Below, in pieces: positions 9,103-18,707 of a DNA stretch of 58,373 nucleotides. The notes below the pieces were generated by a model. It worked only from the letters and a program-made list of their open reading frames with translations, searched no databases and was not told the DNA's origin. Origin of the DNA: an uncultured Alphaproteobacteria bacterium (GTDB taxonomy: Bacteria; Pseudomonadota; Alphaproteobacteria; UBA7879; UBA5542); assembly GCA_903912365.1 (NCBI GenBank), contig CAIWGV010000035.1, positions 1 to 58,373 on the forward strand. The letters are read 5' to 3'. Numbering within the stretch: the stretch's first letter is position 1; the number at the start of each line of letters is the position of its first letter. The position numbers were made by a program, and so were the translations under genes.

Positions 9103-10219
9103 ATGAAGATTGAAACCACACAGTTGATTCAGGAAATTCAGGAAACCCTTACCCTCTTGCGGAGGTTTCTTTGACATCGATGCCATCCAAAAACGTCTAG
9201 ATGAAATTGAGATTTTATCTCAAGCCCCCACCTTCTGGGATGACTCTAAAAAAGCCCAGGAACTCATGGAGGAACGCACAGGTCTCACGGCTCAAAAAGA
9301 GAAAATTTCTATTTTGGAACAGAACCTGGAAGATGCCCTCCTCCTTCTTGATTTGGGAGAAAGCGAGCAAGACGAACCCACGATTCTAGAGGCCGAACAG
9401 CTTTTAGAAAAGTTAAAGAAAAAAGCTAATACCCTCCGAGTGGAGAGCCTTCTTTCGGGAGAAGCCGATAAATGTGATGCCTTCTTTGAAATTCATGCGG
9501 GCGCAGGGGGCACGGAAGCCCAGGACTGGGCAGAAATTCTACTCCGCATGTACAGTCGTTGGGCGGAAGATCATGGCTACAAAATGGCCATTCTTGAAGA
9601 AACACCTGGAGAAGAAGCCGGAATTAAATCCGTTACTCTCCAGATTTCTGGAAAAAATGCTTATGGATGGCTAAAAACAGAAAGCGGCGTTCACCGCTTG
9701 GTTCGGATTTCTCCTTTTGATGCTAACTCCAAACGTCATACAAGCTTTGCATCTGTCTGGGTGTATCCGGTTTTGGATGATGACATCAAGATTGATATCC
9801 AGGATAAAGATCTTCGCATCGACACTTATCGGGCGTCCGGCGCCGGCGGCCAGCATGTAAATAAAACAGACAGCGCCGTACGCATTACCCATTTACCTAC
9901 AAACATCGTCGTACAGTGCCAAAATGACCGCTCCCAGCACCGAAATCGGGCTCAGGCTTTTGACATGCTCCGCTCCCGCCTTTATGAGCTGGAGATGCGC
10001 AAACGTGAGGAAGAAGCTCAGGCGGCTTCCAGCAGCAAAACGGAGATCGGCTGGGGAAACCAGATTCGATCATACGTGCTGCAACCCTACCAAATGGTAA
10101 AAGACACACGTACAGGAGTGGAAAAAGGAAATGCTCAGGGCGTTCTGGACGGAAAGATCGATGAGTTTATCGAAGCGGCCCTAATGCAACGCATTGGCAG
10201 TGGAAAGAAAAAGGCTTAG
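9103..10219 (+). CDS. prfB: peptide chain release factor 2, requires +1 programmed frameshift (9103..9171 joined to 9173..10219)
   Basis: Frame 0 runs ATG 9103 ... CGG AGG TTT CTT TGA (stop at 9172-9174). The +1 frame continues as DIDAIQKRLDEIE... into the 317-aa ORF, which carries the SPF and GGQ motifs. Confidence 0.92.
9161..9175 (+). promoter_or_regulatory. prfB +1 frameshift site (internal SD-like GGAGG, 3-nt spacer, CTT TGA C)
   Basis: GGAGG-TTT-CTT-TGA-C has the same architecture as the E. coli site AGGGGG-TAT-CTT-TGA-C. Confidence 0.88.
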
Positions 10220-10223
10220 AACC

Positions 10224-12008
10224 TTACTCTTCATACCACCAAGACTCTATGCGAGACTCCAGATTACCTGTTAGTTTGGGATGATGATACCCTTTCCAAT
10301 AGGCAATCATATCTTTCTTAAGGTGGTACAAAGGGATTACATAATTTCCTGCCATGAGAATCCGGTCTAGAGCTCTTGTATTGGCAACTAGAGTGCCGCG
10401 CCCTTTCGACGTCACAATATTTTGAATAATACTGTCAATCACTGGATCACTGATACCTGGGTAGTTCCGACTTCCTTGTACCCTAGCCGCTTTTGTAGAC
10501 ACATAGTTCCACAGCTCATTCCCGGGGGATCTTGTTCCTATCCAGTAGACACAGATCATATCATAGTCAAAATCCACTTTCCGACGTTCGTATTGGGGCC
10601 CATCCACAAATCGGGTCGTGACCATAATTCCCAGGGTGCTGCAATTTCGAGCAAAAGATAGGGCTGCTTTTTCATGCTCTGTGGAATCCAGCAAGATCTC
10701 AAAGGTAAAGATTTTCTTTGTATCCTTATGAACTAAGGATCCCTCTCGAAAAACCCATCCCGCCTTTTTCAAAAGATTCTGAGCTTTGTCTATGTTGTGA
10801 CGGGCGCTTTCTGGTGTTCCATTAAAGGGCGGCACGTAAGCGCGTCCAAAAACAGCGGCGCTCACCTTATTTCGGTACCGATTAAGAATTTTGAGCTCTT
10901 CTCCTGAAGGGAATCCTCTCGGCTCTAGTTCCGTATTATCAAAGAAGCCTCGCGTACGACTATAGGCCCCATGATAAAGGCTTTCATTTAACTTTTCAAA
11001 ATTAAAAATCAGATTAAGAGCTTCCCGCACCCGTTTGTCTTTAAAAATTTCCTGGCGTGTATTAAAGACAAAAGAATCCATGCCTACAGGGCGATTATGA
11101 ATCACTTCTTCCTTAATAATATCCTTGGATTTCGGAAAGTTATAATCCGAAAACCAGGCCTGGGGATTTTCTTCTTCCATCAAGTCAATTTTTCCAGCCT
11201 TAAAGGCCTCAAACATGACAGAATTGGTACGATAGTATTCTACCTTTACTTCATCAAAGTTGAATCGTCCCGCATAGGTAGGGAATCCCTCTCCCCAAAA
11301 ATCTTTTACTCTTTCATAGGTAATGGAGCGGCCAAAATCCACTTTTTTAATACGGTAAGGACCATTACCCATTAAAGGTTCCGTTGTGATTTTACTTAAA
11401 TCTTTCCCCTCATAAATATCTTTTGGAATAAGGGGCATAATGCCCATGATCAGGGGAAGCTCTCGATCTACCATATCCGTTTTTTTAAAGGTAAATTTAA
11501 CACGACGGTCCTTTAATTTTTCTACCTTTTCTACTTTCTTATAAAAGGTTTTCATAAAGGGCTGACCATCTTTAAGCCATGTATAGAAGCTAAAAACTAC
11601 GTCATCTGCTGTAATGGGCTTTCCGTTATGCCAGCACGCCTGAGATCTTAGGTTAAAAATAATCCAGCTTCGGTCTTCTGGCATTTCAAGGCTCTCGGCC
11701 ACCGCACAGTATTCGGACCAAGGCTCTTCGGCAGAACGTGCCATGAGCGTCGCCCGCGTTAGATTAAGTTTGGTTACGGTCACCCCCTTTAAAACATAGG
11801 GGTTTAGGCTGTCAAAGGTTCCCACTTTTCCCAAGACAATTTTTCCGCCTTTGGGTGCTTTCGGGTTTACAAAACTATAATGTTTAAAATTCTTAGGGTA
11901 TTTAAGCCCTCCATGCATAGCCATTCCATGCACAGGACGGGAGGTTGCCCCGCTCATAAAGGAAAAGATAATAAGAAAGAGAGAGAAAAAAACAGGTCTT
12001 TTCTGCAT
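10224..12008 (-). CDS. ABC transporter substrate-binding protein, family 5 (YejA/oligopeptide-like)
   Basis: 594 aa with a signal peptide. Length and motif spacing are typical of family-5 SBPs such as YejA. No permease or ATPase genes lie adjacent. Confidence 0.8.
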   Translation of the reverse strand: MQKRPVFFSLFLIIFSFMSGATSRPVHGMAMHGGLKYPKNFKHYSFVNPKAPKGGKIVLGKVGTFDSLNPYVLKGVTVTKLNLTRATLMARSAEEPWSEYCAVAESLEMPEDRSWIIFNLRSQACWHNGKPITADDVVFSFYTWLKDGQPFMKTFYKKVEKVEKLKDRRVKFTFKKTDMVDRELPLIMGIMPLIPKDIYEGKDLSKITTEPLMGNGPYRIKKVDFGRSITYERVKDFWGEGFPTYAGRFNFDEVKVEYYRTNSVMFEAFKAGKIDLMEEENPQAWFSDYNFPKSKDIIKEEVIHNRPVGMDSFVFNTRQEIFKDKRVREALNLIFNFEKLNESLYHGAYSRTRGFFDNTELEPRGFPSGEELKILNRYRNKVSAAVFGRAYVPPFNGTPESARHNIDKAQNLLKKAGWVFREGSLVHKDTKKIFTFEILLDSTEHEKAALSFARNCSTLGIMVTTRFVDGPQYERRKVDFDYDMICVYWIGTRSPGNELWNYVSTKAARVQGSRNYPGISDPVIDSIIQNIVTSKGRGTLVANTRALDRILMAGNYVIPLYHLKKDMIAYWKGYHHPKLTGNLESRIESWWYEE

Positions 12009-12011
12009 TAT

Positions 12012-12908
12012 TTACCTTGTTTCGTTTCGGAAAACCATGGATAGGAATTCACAAAATCTCTTAACGGGGATAGCGTCCGAATGAATTGTGGGATACACAT
12101 AAAACAAATCCATAACACTCTGCTCTTTGGAAAGAACTTGCACCAACTCTGGAGCCCCTTCCACAAGCTCCTCTGGTAAAAGTGCCACACCCATACCCGC
12201 TTTGGCAAGCTCCATCTGTGTTTTAAAACAATTTGTTTCCACATAAGGATCTCGAGGTTTTCCGTCCCGCCTGCTTGATTTGAGTGTTAAGTGCCAACTC
12301 ATGGAAGAGTAGGTACTCGTGTCTGGCCCACAGGAAATGAGCTGATGATGATCCAGGTCTGCAGGAACTTTCAAGGGTGGAAATTTCTTGAGATAATCCA
12401 GAGATGCATAAAGTTTCATCTGAAATTTCTTAAGAAAAAATTGAGTTAGGTTATCTTCGTTAGAAAAAAGATAGGGCCCTACCATAACTGACATTTTTGT
12501 GGGATCTATATTCAGAACGCGTTCATCTCCTTTATTGATGGAGACCTGGATGCCAGGATACTGACTCAAAAATTGGTCAAGATAGGGAAATATATATCTT
12601 TCATAAACCCCGCTCATTACCTGGATATTTAAAAGACCTTTCTCTTCTTTGTTCACGTTCTTAATGAGATTCTTCATCCCGTCAATACGGGCCAGAATAT
12701 CTTCTGCCTCATTCAAAAGGATCCGGCCTTCAGGCGTTAAGGTTAAACCTCGAGACTGCCGAGTAAAAAGCTTTGCTCGAAATCTTATTTCCATAGAAAT
12801 AATTTTCCGACTTACATTTGATTGGTCCATGTTGAGCTGTACGGCCGCATTCGTAAAACTCCCTGCCCGGGCCACAACGTAAAATGTTTTTAATTGGTCT
12901 AAAGTCAT
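12012..12908 (-). CDS. LysR-family transcriptional regulator
   Basis: 298 aa. N-terminal LysR HTH (MTLDQLKTFYVVARAGSFTNAAVQLNMDQSNVSRKI) followed by a substrate-binding domain. Confidence 0.9.
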   Translation of the reverse strand: MTLDQLKTFYVVARAGSFTNAAVQLNMDQSNVSRKIISMEIRFRAKLFTRQSRGLTLTPEGRILLNEAEDILARIDGMKNLIKNVNKEEKGLLNIQVMSGVYERYIFPYLDQFLSQYPGIQVSINKGDERVLNIDPTKMSVMVGPYLFSNEDNLTQFFLKKFQMKLYASLDYLKKFPPLKVPADLDHHQLISCGPDTSTYSSMSWHLTLKSSRRDGKPRDPYVETNCFKTQMELAKAGMGVALLPEELVEGAPELVQVLSKEQSVMDLFYVYPTIHSDAIPVKRFCEFLSMVFRNETR

Positions 12909-13070
12909 CTCTATTCCTTTTAGCGTCTATAGCCCTAACATTATCATATATATACAAGGGCCTTGGGAGGGATTGCAAGGACTTTTAAGTCCTATTTTTA
13001 AAAAAGAAATAATCTCGCATTTTTCTCATAATTTGTCTTGGGATGAAAACTAGGATACACTTAAAGAGAG

Positions 13071-14858
13071 ATGAGTGAACCACCCTTAAAAGTTTTGAAA
13101 AATCATTTAAAACAGCTCGGATATGATGGGCTGGTCTTACCTATGGCCGATGCTTTTCAAACGGAATCTCTCTCTCCAGCCCATCGACGCATTGAGTACT
13201 TAACAGGCTTTAAAGGATCTTATGGATACCTTTTAGTTCTTCCTGAAACAACGGGCCTTTTTGTGGATGGCCGCTATACACTTCAGGCACAGAACCAAGT
13301 CAATACGAGTGATATTCAAATACACCCCCATGGATTTCCTTCCATCAAAACATGGCTCGGCCAGCAAAAAGTAGAAGGCCTAAAAATTGCCTATGATCCT
13401 TGGATTCAAACCGTTGCTGAAATTTCTCATCTTGAAACCATGGGAAAAAGTCTTGGGGTTTCTTTTGTTCCCCACCTCTCTGAAAACATTGTGGATCAAG
13501 TTTGGAAAACACGCCCCTCCTCCACGGAGGCCTTGGCAGAGATTTATCCCTCTGAGTATGCGGGCGAGGAATCCTCGGTAAAAATACAAAGAATCACAGA
13601 CGTATTTCCTGACCATAAAATAGACACCATGTTTTTGGGGCATCCCGAATCCATTTGTTGGCTTTTAAATTTTCGAGGAAAGGATACGGCCTGCACCCCC
13701 ATCGCCTATTGTTATGCTCTCCTCCATAAGAATGCCTCCCTTGACCTATTTATAGAGCCTGGAAAAATATCTTCTGACCTTCAAACCCATCTGGGACCAA
13801 GGGTTACTGTTCGTCCCCTGAACCAAATTCAAGGAATTTTTTCACAGCTTAAAGAAAAAGGAGTGAAGGTGGGATTAGACCCAAAAACAACCCCTTCTGC
13901 CATTTACAAATTTTTAGAACAAATCGATTTACCTTTTTTGGCTCTTGAGGACCCTTGTGTTCTGCCAAAGTCCCTCAAAACAGAAAAAGAAATTAGTCAT
14001 GTACACCAGGCTCATATATGGGATGGGGTCGCTTTGGTTAAGTTCATGGCATGGTTGGAAGAAGAAGTTCCCAAGGGAACTGTTACCGAATTTTCATCTG
14101 CTGAAAAGCTCAATGGGTTTCGCCAGGAAAACCCCCATCTTAAAAGTTTAAGCTTTGAAACAATTTCTGCCGTGGGGCCCAATAGTGCCATGACCCACTA
14201 TCATGCCTCTGAAGGGACATCCAGCCCCCTAAAGACAGGGGAGATGTACCTCTTTGATTCAGGGGGCCAATATTTTGAGGGTACCACGGATGTGACCCGC
14301 ACCGTTTCTTTGGGGAAAAAACCTTCTAAAAAACAAAAAGAAATTTTTACGCGGGTTTTAAAGGGAATGATTTCCCTTATGAATGCCAAATTCCCTGTGG
14401 GCACAATTGGAACTCAGCTGGATATCTTAGCCCGCCAATATCTGTGGCAGATAGGACAAGATTATTCCCATTCCACAGGTCATGGGGTGGGATTCTATTT
14501 GAATGTGCATGAAGGCCCTCAGAATATATCAGCTCGCCCTTTGAATGTTCCTCTCCGGCCCGGTATGATTTTATCCGATGAACCTGGGTGCTATTTGGAA
14601 AACGAATTTGGTGTGCGAATTGAAAATCTAATGGTCGTTAAGAATTCAGAACTCCCCAAAACCTTGGAGTTTGAAAACCTAACCGTTGCTCCTCTGGATG
14701 CATCTTTGATGGACAGGGCCCTTCTTTCTTCGGAGGAGATTGATTGGATTAATGCCTATCACAGAGATGTTTATAAGAAACTAAGTCCCCTTCTTGAAAA
14801 AGACCTAAAGCTTTGGCTGAAAAAAGCCACACAGAAACTTACAAAAAGGCTGGAATAG
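13071..14858 (+). CDS. pepP: Xaa-Pro aminopeptidase (M24B, aminopeptidase P family)
   Basis: 595 aa. The pita-bread metal ligands are in order: LFDSGGQY, TDVTRT, HGVGFYLNVHEGP, LSDEPG, VRIENL. Confidence 0.9.
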   Translation: MSEPPLKVLKNHLKQLGYDGLVLPMADAFQTESLSPAHRRIEYLTGFKGSYGYLLVLPETTGLFVDGRYTLQAQNQVNTSDIQIHPHGFPSIKTWLGQQKVEGLKIAYDPWIQTVAEISHLETMGKSLGVSFVPHLSENIVDQVWKTRPSSTEALAEIYPSEYAGEESSVKIQRITDVFPDHKIDTMFLGHPESICWLLNFRGKDTACTPIAYCYALLHKNASLDLFIEPGKISSDLQTHLGPRVTVRPLNQIQGIFSQLKEKGVKVGLDPKTTPSAIYKFLEQIDLPFLALEDPCVLPKSLKTEKEISHVHQAHIWDGVALVKFMAWLEEEVPKGTVTEFSSAEKLNGFRQENPHLKSLSFETISAVGPNSAMTHYHASEGTSSPLKTGEMYLFDSGGQYFEGTTDVTRTVSLGKKPSKKQKEIFTRVLKGMISLMNAKFPVGTIGTQLDILARQYLWQIGQDYSHSTGHGVGFYLNVHEGPQNISARPLNVPLRPGMILSDEPGCYLENEFGVRIENLMVVKNSELPKTLEFENLTVAPLDASLMDRALLSSEEIDWINAYHRDVYKKLSPLLEKDLKLWLKKATQKLTKRLE

Positions 14859-14885
14859 GGCTTTTAAAATTTTCCTTCACAGACC

Positions 14886-17800
14886 CTAGGCAGCGGAAGA
14901 GGCTGCAAATGCTTTTGAAAGACCACTTTTCGCGACAGCCCCCAAACTATCTATCAGGACTTTTGTTCCCCCCCTTAAAGTTTCTTGATAGGTGCGTTTT
15001 AAAAAGTTCTCATCGGCCACGATAAAATTTTCAACATGCTCTGAAATTTTAGGAGGCGCCTTGAAAACACCCCCTGCATCTATATCCATTTGAGGGTTGT
15101 TTATATCCACTCCATATCCATTCCACCACCCATCTGCTTCAGTTTCAGGAACACCGATGGGGCTTGCATTGTTTTGGGCTTCATAGTAAACATCTCGGGC
15201 GATTTGCCTCTTTAAATCAGCAGCTAAGATAGCCCTTACATTTTCTGTTCGATTTGCCGCTTTGAAAGCTGCTTCTGACCGAACAAGGGCTGCCCTTGCC
15301 TGTCGTAGAGCCTCCCTCTTTTCATCTGTTACGGCAGGCGGGGAGAGTTCCGCCACATGATCTGTTATTCCTACCTTTGTTAAGGTTGGAGAGGCAAGGC
15401 TTGGTACCTCCACAGGTCCCGTTGGCAACGTCACCATGCCGCCCCCCTGGGAGAGAGCCTCTTTTGGAGCAAAGGGATTAGGGGCAGCTCCCCCCTGTCC
15501 AAAAGAAACTGGCTGACTAGTGCCCCCCACATTAAAGACCCCCTGGGAATTTCCAAAGGAAGGAAGTCTGCGAGATTTTGCATCCCAAGGAAGCAATTTT
15601 TTATTTGCTGGGGAAGCAAAATTAACGGAGGAGCCATTGTTTTGAGCAAAAGTAGGTACGGCACTTCCTGCCGGTACTGCAAAGTTGGGGATAGTTGACG
15701 ACCCGGGAGAAGCTCCAAAATCAACCCCCTCTCCCCCATTGTCAGAAAAATGATCTCTCCTGTAAGGCCTCCGCCCCCTATCTTTCCCCACATCTTCTGA
15801 ATCAAAAATATAGGGCTCATCTCTTCTTTCCTGCCCCTCAGTTACATTCGCAACTGTTGCATCTGCCCCCGTTAGAGTATCCTCCACGCTTCGTCCCGCA
15901 GCCCCTCCTTGAGCCTCCACGTCTGCTAGCTGCTTCTCCAGATCACTTTGTTCTTTGTCTTTCGTCGCTCCAGCCGGTCCCCCCAAGCTGGCCGCAGTTA
16001 GGGCTTCCGTTTCTTTTTCAATGGTCGCCTCTAGCTTACTGATCTCAACATTTAGGCCTCCCAATTCAATGATATGTGTGGAAATAGGGCCTACAAATTC
16101 CTTTTTCTTTTCCTCACTTTCTGCCTCTTTTTGATTTTTTATTACTATTCCTAATTTTACCTTTACTTCTTGCCGATGAATCAGCAGACTCTCTAATTTC
16201 TTTTGATTTTGCTCTAGTCGCGTCCTCTTTTTCTCAATGAGGGTTTGGGTTTTGCTCAAACTCTCATGAACCTTTTTTTTTGCTATAGCCAGATTGAGAA
16301 GAGCCTGTGCATTTTCGGATTTTGCCTTTATAAGGGCTTCTTCTGCCTCGCTAACCATTCTCTGGTTAGTCCCCTTTTTTGCCTCATTAAGGGCCAGCTG
16401 TGCCTCGTTTACTTGCTCTTTAGTTTTTTTCTGGGCTTCTTTTGCCGCCTTTACTGCCATCTGCGCTTTCTTATAAGCCCCCTCATTTTCTTGAGCAACA
16501 ACCTGATCAGCCATAACTTGAGCAAGTACACTTTTTCTTTCGGATATTTTAGAACTTAACTGTTGAATTTTTCTTCTAGCTGTTCTTGCCTGTCTCTCTT
16601 CTTTAATATATTCAGGAGAACCTTTTATTACTAAAGCCATCCGTTTCTTAGCATCCCACAAAGCTGACTCTGCACTTACTCTTTGTTTTTGAAGACTATC
16701 CAATTGGCTAGACACACTCGTTATCTTTGTTTCAATAATTTTAGACTGGGTCCATGCTTTCCCTTGAGCAGACTGAGCCATTTCTGTAGCGGAAGATAAT
16801 CTGCTATTTGCAGAGCCTAGTCTTTGATTAGTAAGGTCCAACCTACTTTGAGCCACATTTAAATTAGCTTGGGCTATTGTTGTTTCCTCTGGACTTTTTG
16901 CATTTTTCACCTGCTGTTGGGCATCTTCAAAATTGCTTTGCGCATTTTGTTGATCTTCTTGAGCTTTTTCCTGAGCCGTTTGAGCCGCCGCTTGGTTATT
17001 CGTGGCCTCATTCGCCAAACGCTCGTTTGTTTGGGCTTCCGTTTCTGTTGCTCTTAGAGCTTTATCCGCTTTAGCCTGGGCATTTAGGGAGGTGGTTTGA
17101 GCCTTTTCCAAATCAGCAGCCGTGGATTTTTCTCGGGCTTGATCTTGCCTAAGCTTAGCTTGCAGCTGTGCTCTCTTTGCTGGATCTGTTTCATTGGCTA
17201 AAGCTTGCTGATCATCCAACACATCATCTTGCGCGCTGTTGTGAGCTGCACTGGCCGTACTTAGGGCATCATCCGCATCACTAGCCGCCTGCTGATCTTT
17301 TGCCGCAAGGCTGGACGCTGTTTCCGTCTTGGCAGAAAACTTCTCTGCATCGGCATGCAGTTTTTTTGAGTTAGCCTCCTCCTTGACAAGAGCTTCTCGA
17401 ACCTTTTTATCCTTTTTTTCTGCCTCTGCAATACTTGCTGTATCGGGGGGAGTCGCTTTCCTTAAGGAATCTAACTCAGCATCTGCAGCTGCAACTTCAG
17501 ACTTTTTCGTGGCAATAGCTTTATCCGCCTCGTTTGCCGCATCTCGAGCCTCACGAAATTTAGTTCCAGCTTGTGTGGCAGACACAGCAGCTTTATCCGC
17601 TTTTGCAAACACTTCGTTGGCCTTCTTTGCATCAGCCATGGCCTTTTTCTCCGCTTTTAGGTCTTCTGACCTCTTGGCCTCCAATTCTTTTAATTTTTGT
17701 TCTTCTTCCTCGCTTAAAGGGTGGTGTGATTTAATATCCTTTATTGCCTTATCGTCTGCCTCCCGAGTTTCCTTCGCAGTCTTTTCCGCGGTTTGTGCCT

Positions 17801-18311
17801 TTGTTAATTCGTCCCCAGCTTTCTTCTTATCAGCATTCGCTGCAGCTTCCTTGGGAGTAAGATCTTCTTTTTCCACCGCAGTCAATTCGCTGCCCGCAGC
17901 AGGTGCTGTGGCTGCAGAGGCATCTGCTGCAGATGTTGACGCTGCTCCTGCAGCTTCCTTGGGAGTAACATCTTCTTTTTTCACCGCAGCCAATTCGCTG
18001 CCTGCAGCAGGTGGTGTGGCTGCTGCAGGGGCTGGAGAGGCATCTGTCGAGGTTTCATCTCCAACAGGAGAAATGGCATCTAGCTCATCTTTTGTTTTTT
18101 CTGGGTCAGAACCTGCAGATGTAGTTGCTGCTGAACCATTTGATGCTGGTGTAGTTGCTGCTGGAGCTGAGGCTGCAGAGTTACCCTGAGCGTCTGTAGC
18201 AACGCTAGGGGCGGGATTAACGTCTGCTTCTAGAGTGCTTGTGCTTGCACCTGCGCTTCCCATACAAAAAATCACCCCCAGAAGAAAAAGCGCTAAGAAG
18301 GGTTTCCTCAT
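14886..18311 (-). CDS. giant secreted coiled-coil protein (Ala/Lys/Glu/Gln-rich) with FG-like repeat region
   Basis: The start is set at ATG 18309-18311 (MRKPFLALFLLGVIFCMGSAGAS signal) with GAGAGGG upstream. About 1141 aa: low-complexity A/T/S/P region, a 36-aa tandem repeat, ~650 aa of heptad-like K/E/A/Q sequence, a G/S/P/N segment with spaced xF[GA] motifs, and a globular C-terminus. Confidence 0.7.
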   Translation of the reverse strand: MRKPFLALFLLGVIFCMGSAGASTSTLEADVNPAPSVATDAQGNSAASAPAATTPASNGSAATTSAGSDPEKTKDELDAISPVGDETSTDASPAPAAATPPAAGSELAAVKKEDVTPKEAAGAASTSAADASAATAPAAGSELTAVEKEDLTPKEAAANADKKKAGDELTKAQTAEKTAKETREADDKAIKDIKSHHPLSEEEEQKLKELEAKRSEDLKAEKKAMADAKKANEVFAKADKAAVSATQAGTKFREARDAANEADKAIATKKSEVAAADAELDSLRKATPPDTASIAEAEKKDKKVREALVKEEANSKKLHADAEKFSAKTETASSLAAKDQQAASDADDALSTASAAHNSAQDDVLDDQQALANETDPAKRAQLQAKLRQDQAREKSTAADLEKAQTTSLNAQAKADKALRATETEAQTNERLANEATNNQAAAQTAQEKAQEDQQNAQSNFEDAQQQVKNAKSPEETTIAQANLNVAQSRLDLTNQRLGSANSRLSSATEMAQSAQGKAWTQSKIIETKITSVSSQLDSLQKQRVSAESALWDAKKRMALVIKGSPEYIKEERQARTARRKIQQLSSKISERKSVLAQVMADQVVAQENEGAYKKAQMAVKAAKEAQKKTKEQVNEAQLALNEAKKGTNQRMVSEAEEALIKAKSENAQALLNLAIAKKKVHESLSKTQTLIEKKRTRLEQNQKKLESLLIHRQEVKVKLGIVIKNQKEAESEEKKKEFVGPISTHIIELGGLNVEISKLEATIEKETEALTAASLGGPAGATKDKEQSDLEKQLADVEAQGGAAGRSVEDTLTGADATVANVTEGQERRDEPYIFDSEDVGKDRGRRPYRRDHFSDNGGEGVDFGASPGSSTIPNFAVPAGSAVPTFAQNNGSSVNFASPANKKLLPWDAKSRRLPSFGNSQGVFNVGGTSQPVSFGQGGAAPNPFAPKEALSQGGGMVTLPTGPVEVPSLASPTLTKVGITDHVAELSPPAVTDEKREALRQARAALVRSEAAFKAANRTENVRAILAADLKRQIARDVYYEAQNNASPIGVPETEADGWWNGYGVDINNPQMDIDAGGVFKAPPKISEHVENFIVADENFLKRTYQETLRGGTKVLIDSLGAVAKSGLSKAFAASSAA
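17841..18050. repeat. tandem 108-bp (36-aa) repeat inside the coiled-coil gene
   Basis: TGCAGCTTCCTTGGGAGTAA[G/C]ATCTTCTTTTT..CACCGCAG[T/C]CAATTCGCTGCC[C/T]GCAGCAGGTG.. starts at 17841 and again at 17949. It encodes PAAGSEL[A/T]AV[K/E]KED[V/L]TPKEAA. Confidence 0.8.
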
Positions 18312-18524
18312 GAAGGGGGCCCTCTCATAAGATCCGGAAGGGCAGCAGCACCCCAAAGGAGAAACTGAATGCTTGAGTAATTTTTGAAGAAACCCTTGTT
18401 AAACCTTCCATAAATCCCTGCTTTTTCTTTTATTATCAAGGGTTTACCCTAAAAAAGCAATAAAATTTCAAGGAGAGACTGGACCCCCCTTGAAAAGTAT
18501 GGTATCACTACCTATCTTAATTGT

Positions 18525-18607
<83 letters not shown>

Positions 18608-18649
18608 AAGCCACTTTCAAAGATCTTTCCTTAAAATCCAAAAATCCCA

Positions 18650-18668
18650 TTGCCGCACTGTTGCCGCA
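18650..18668 (+). promoter_or_regulatory. two TTGCCGCA repeats 11 bp apart (candidate integrase/Xis arm-type sites, left end)
   Basis: TTGCCGCAcTGTTGCCGCA lies 43 bp inside the left att core. The same octamer occurs three times at the right end. Confidence 0.4.
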
Positions 18669-18707
18669 GAATGAGATGAACTTGTTTTTAATCAGCATCA
18701 TCCCCAT

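Noticed and set aside
12008-12244. A 78-aa ORF, and other 60-110-aa ORFs nested in the LysR, SBP, pepP, murJ, bamA and other genes.
   Set aside because: All are wholly contained in or antisense to long, well-supported genes. None has a distinctive motif or start context.
17329-18189. A 286-aa plus-strand ORF, and several 60-115-aa ORFs between 15296 and 17074, antisense to the giant coiled-coil gene.
   Set aside because: These are products of low-complexity GCN/GAA-rich coding sequence read on the opposite strand. They are Ala/Ser/Phe-rich with no start context. The minus-strand ORF is continuous for 1141 codons and has a signal peptide and an RBS.
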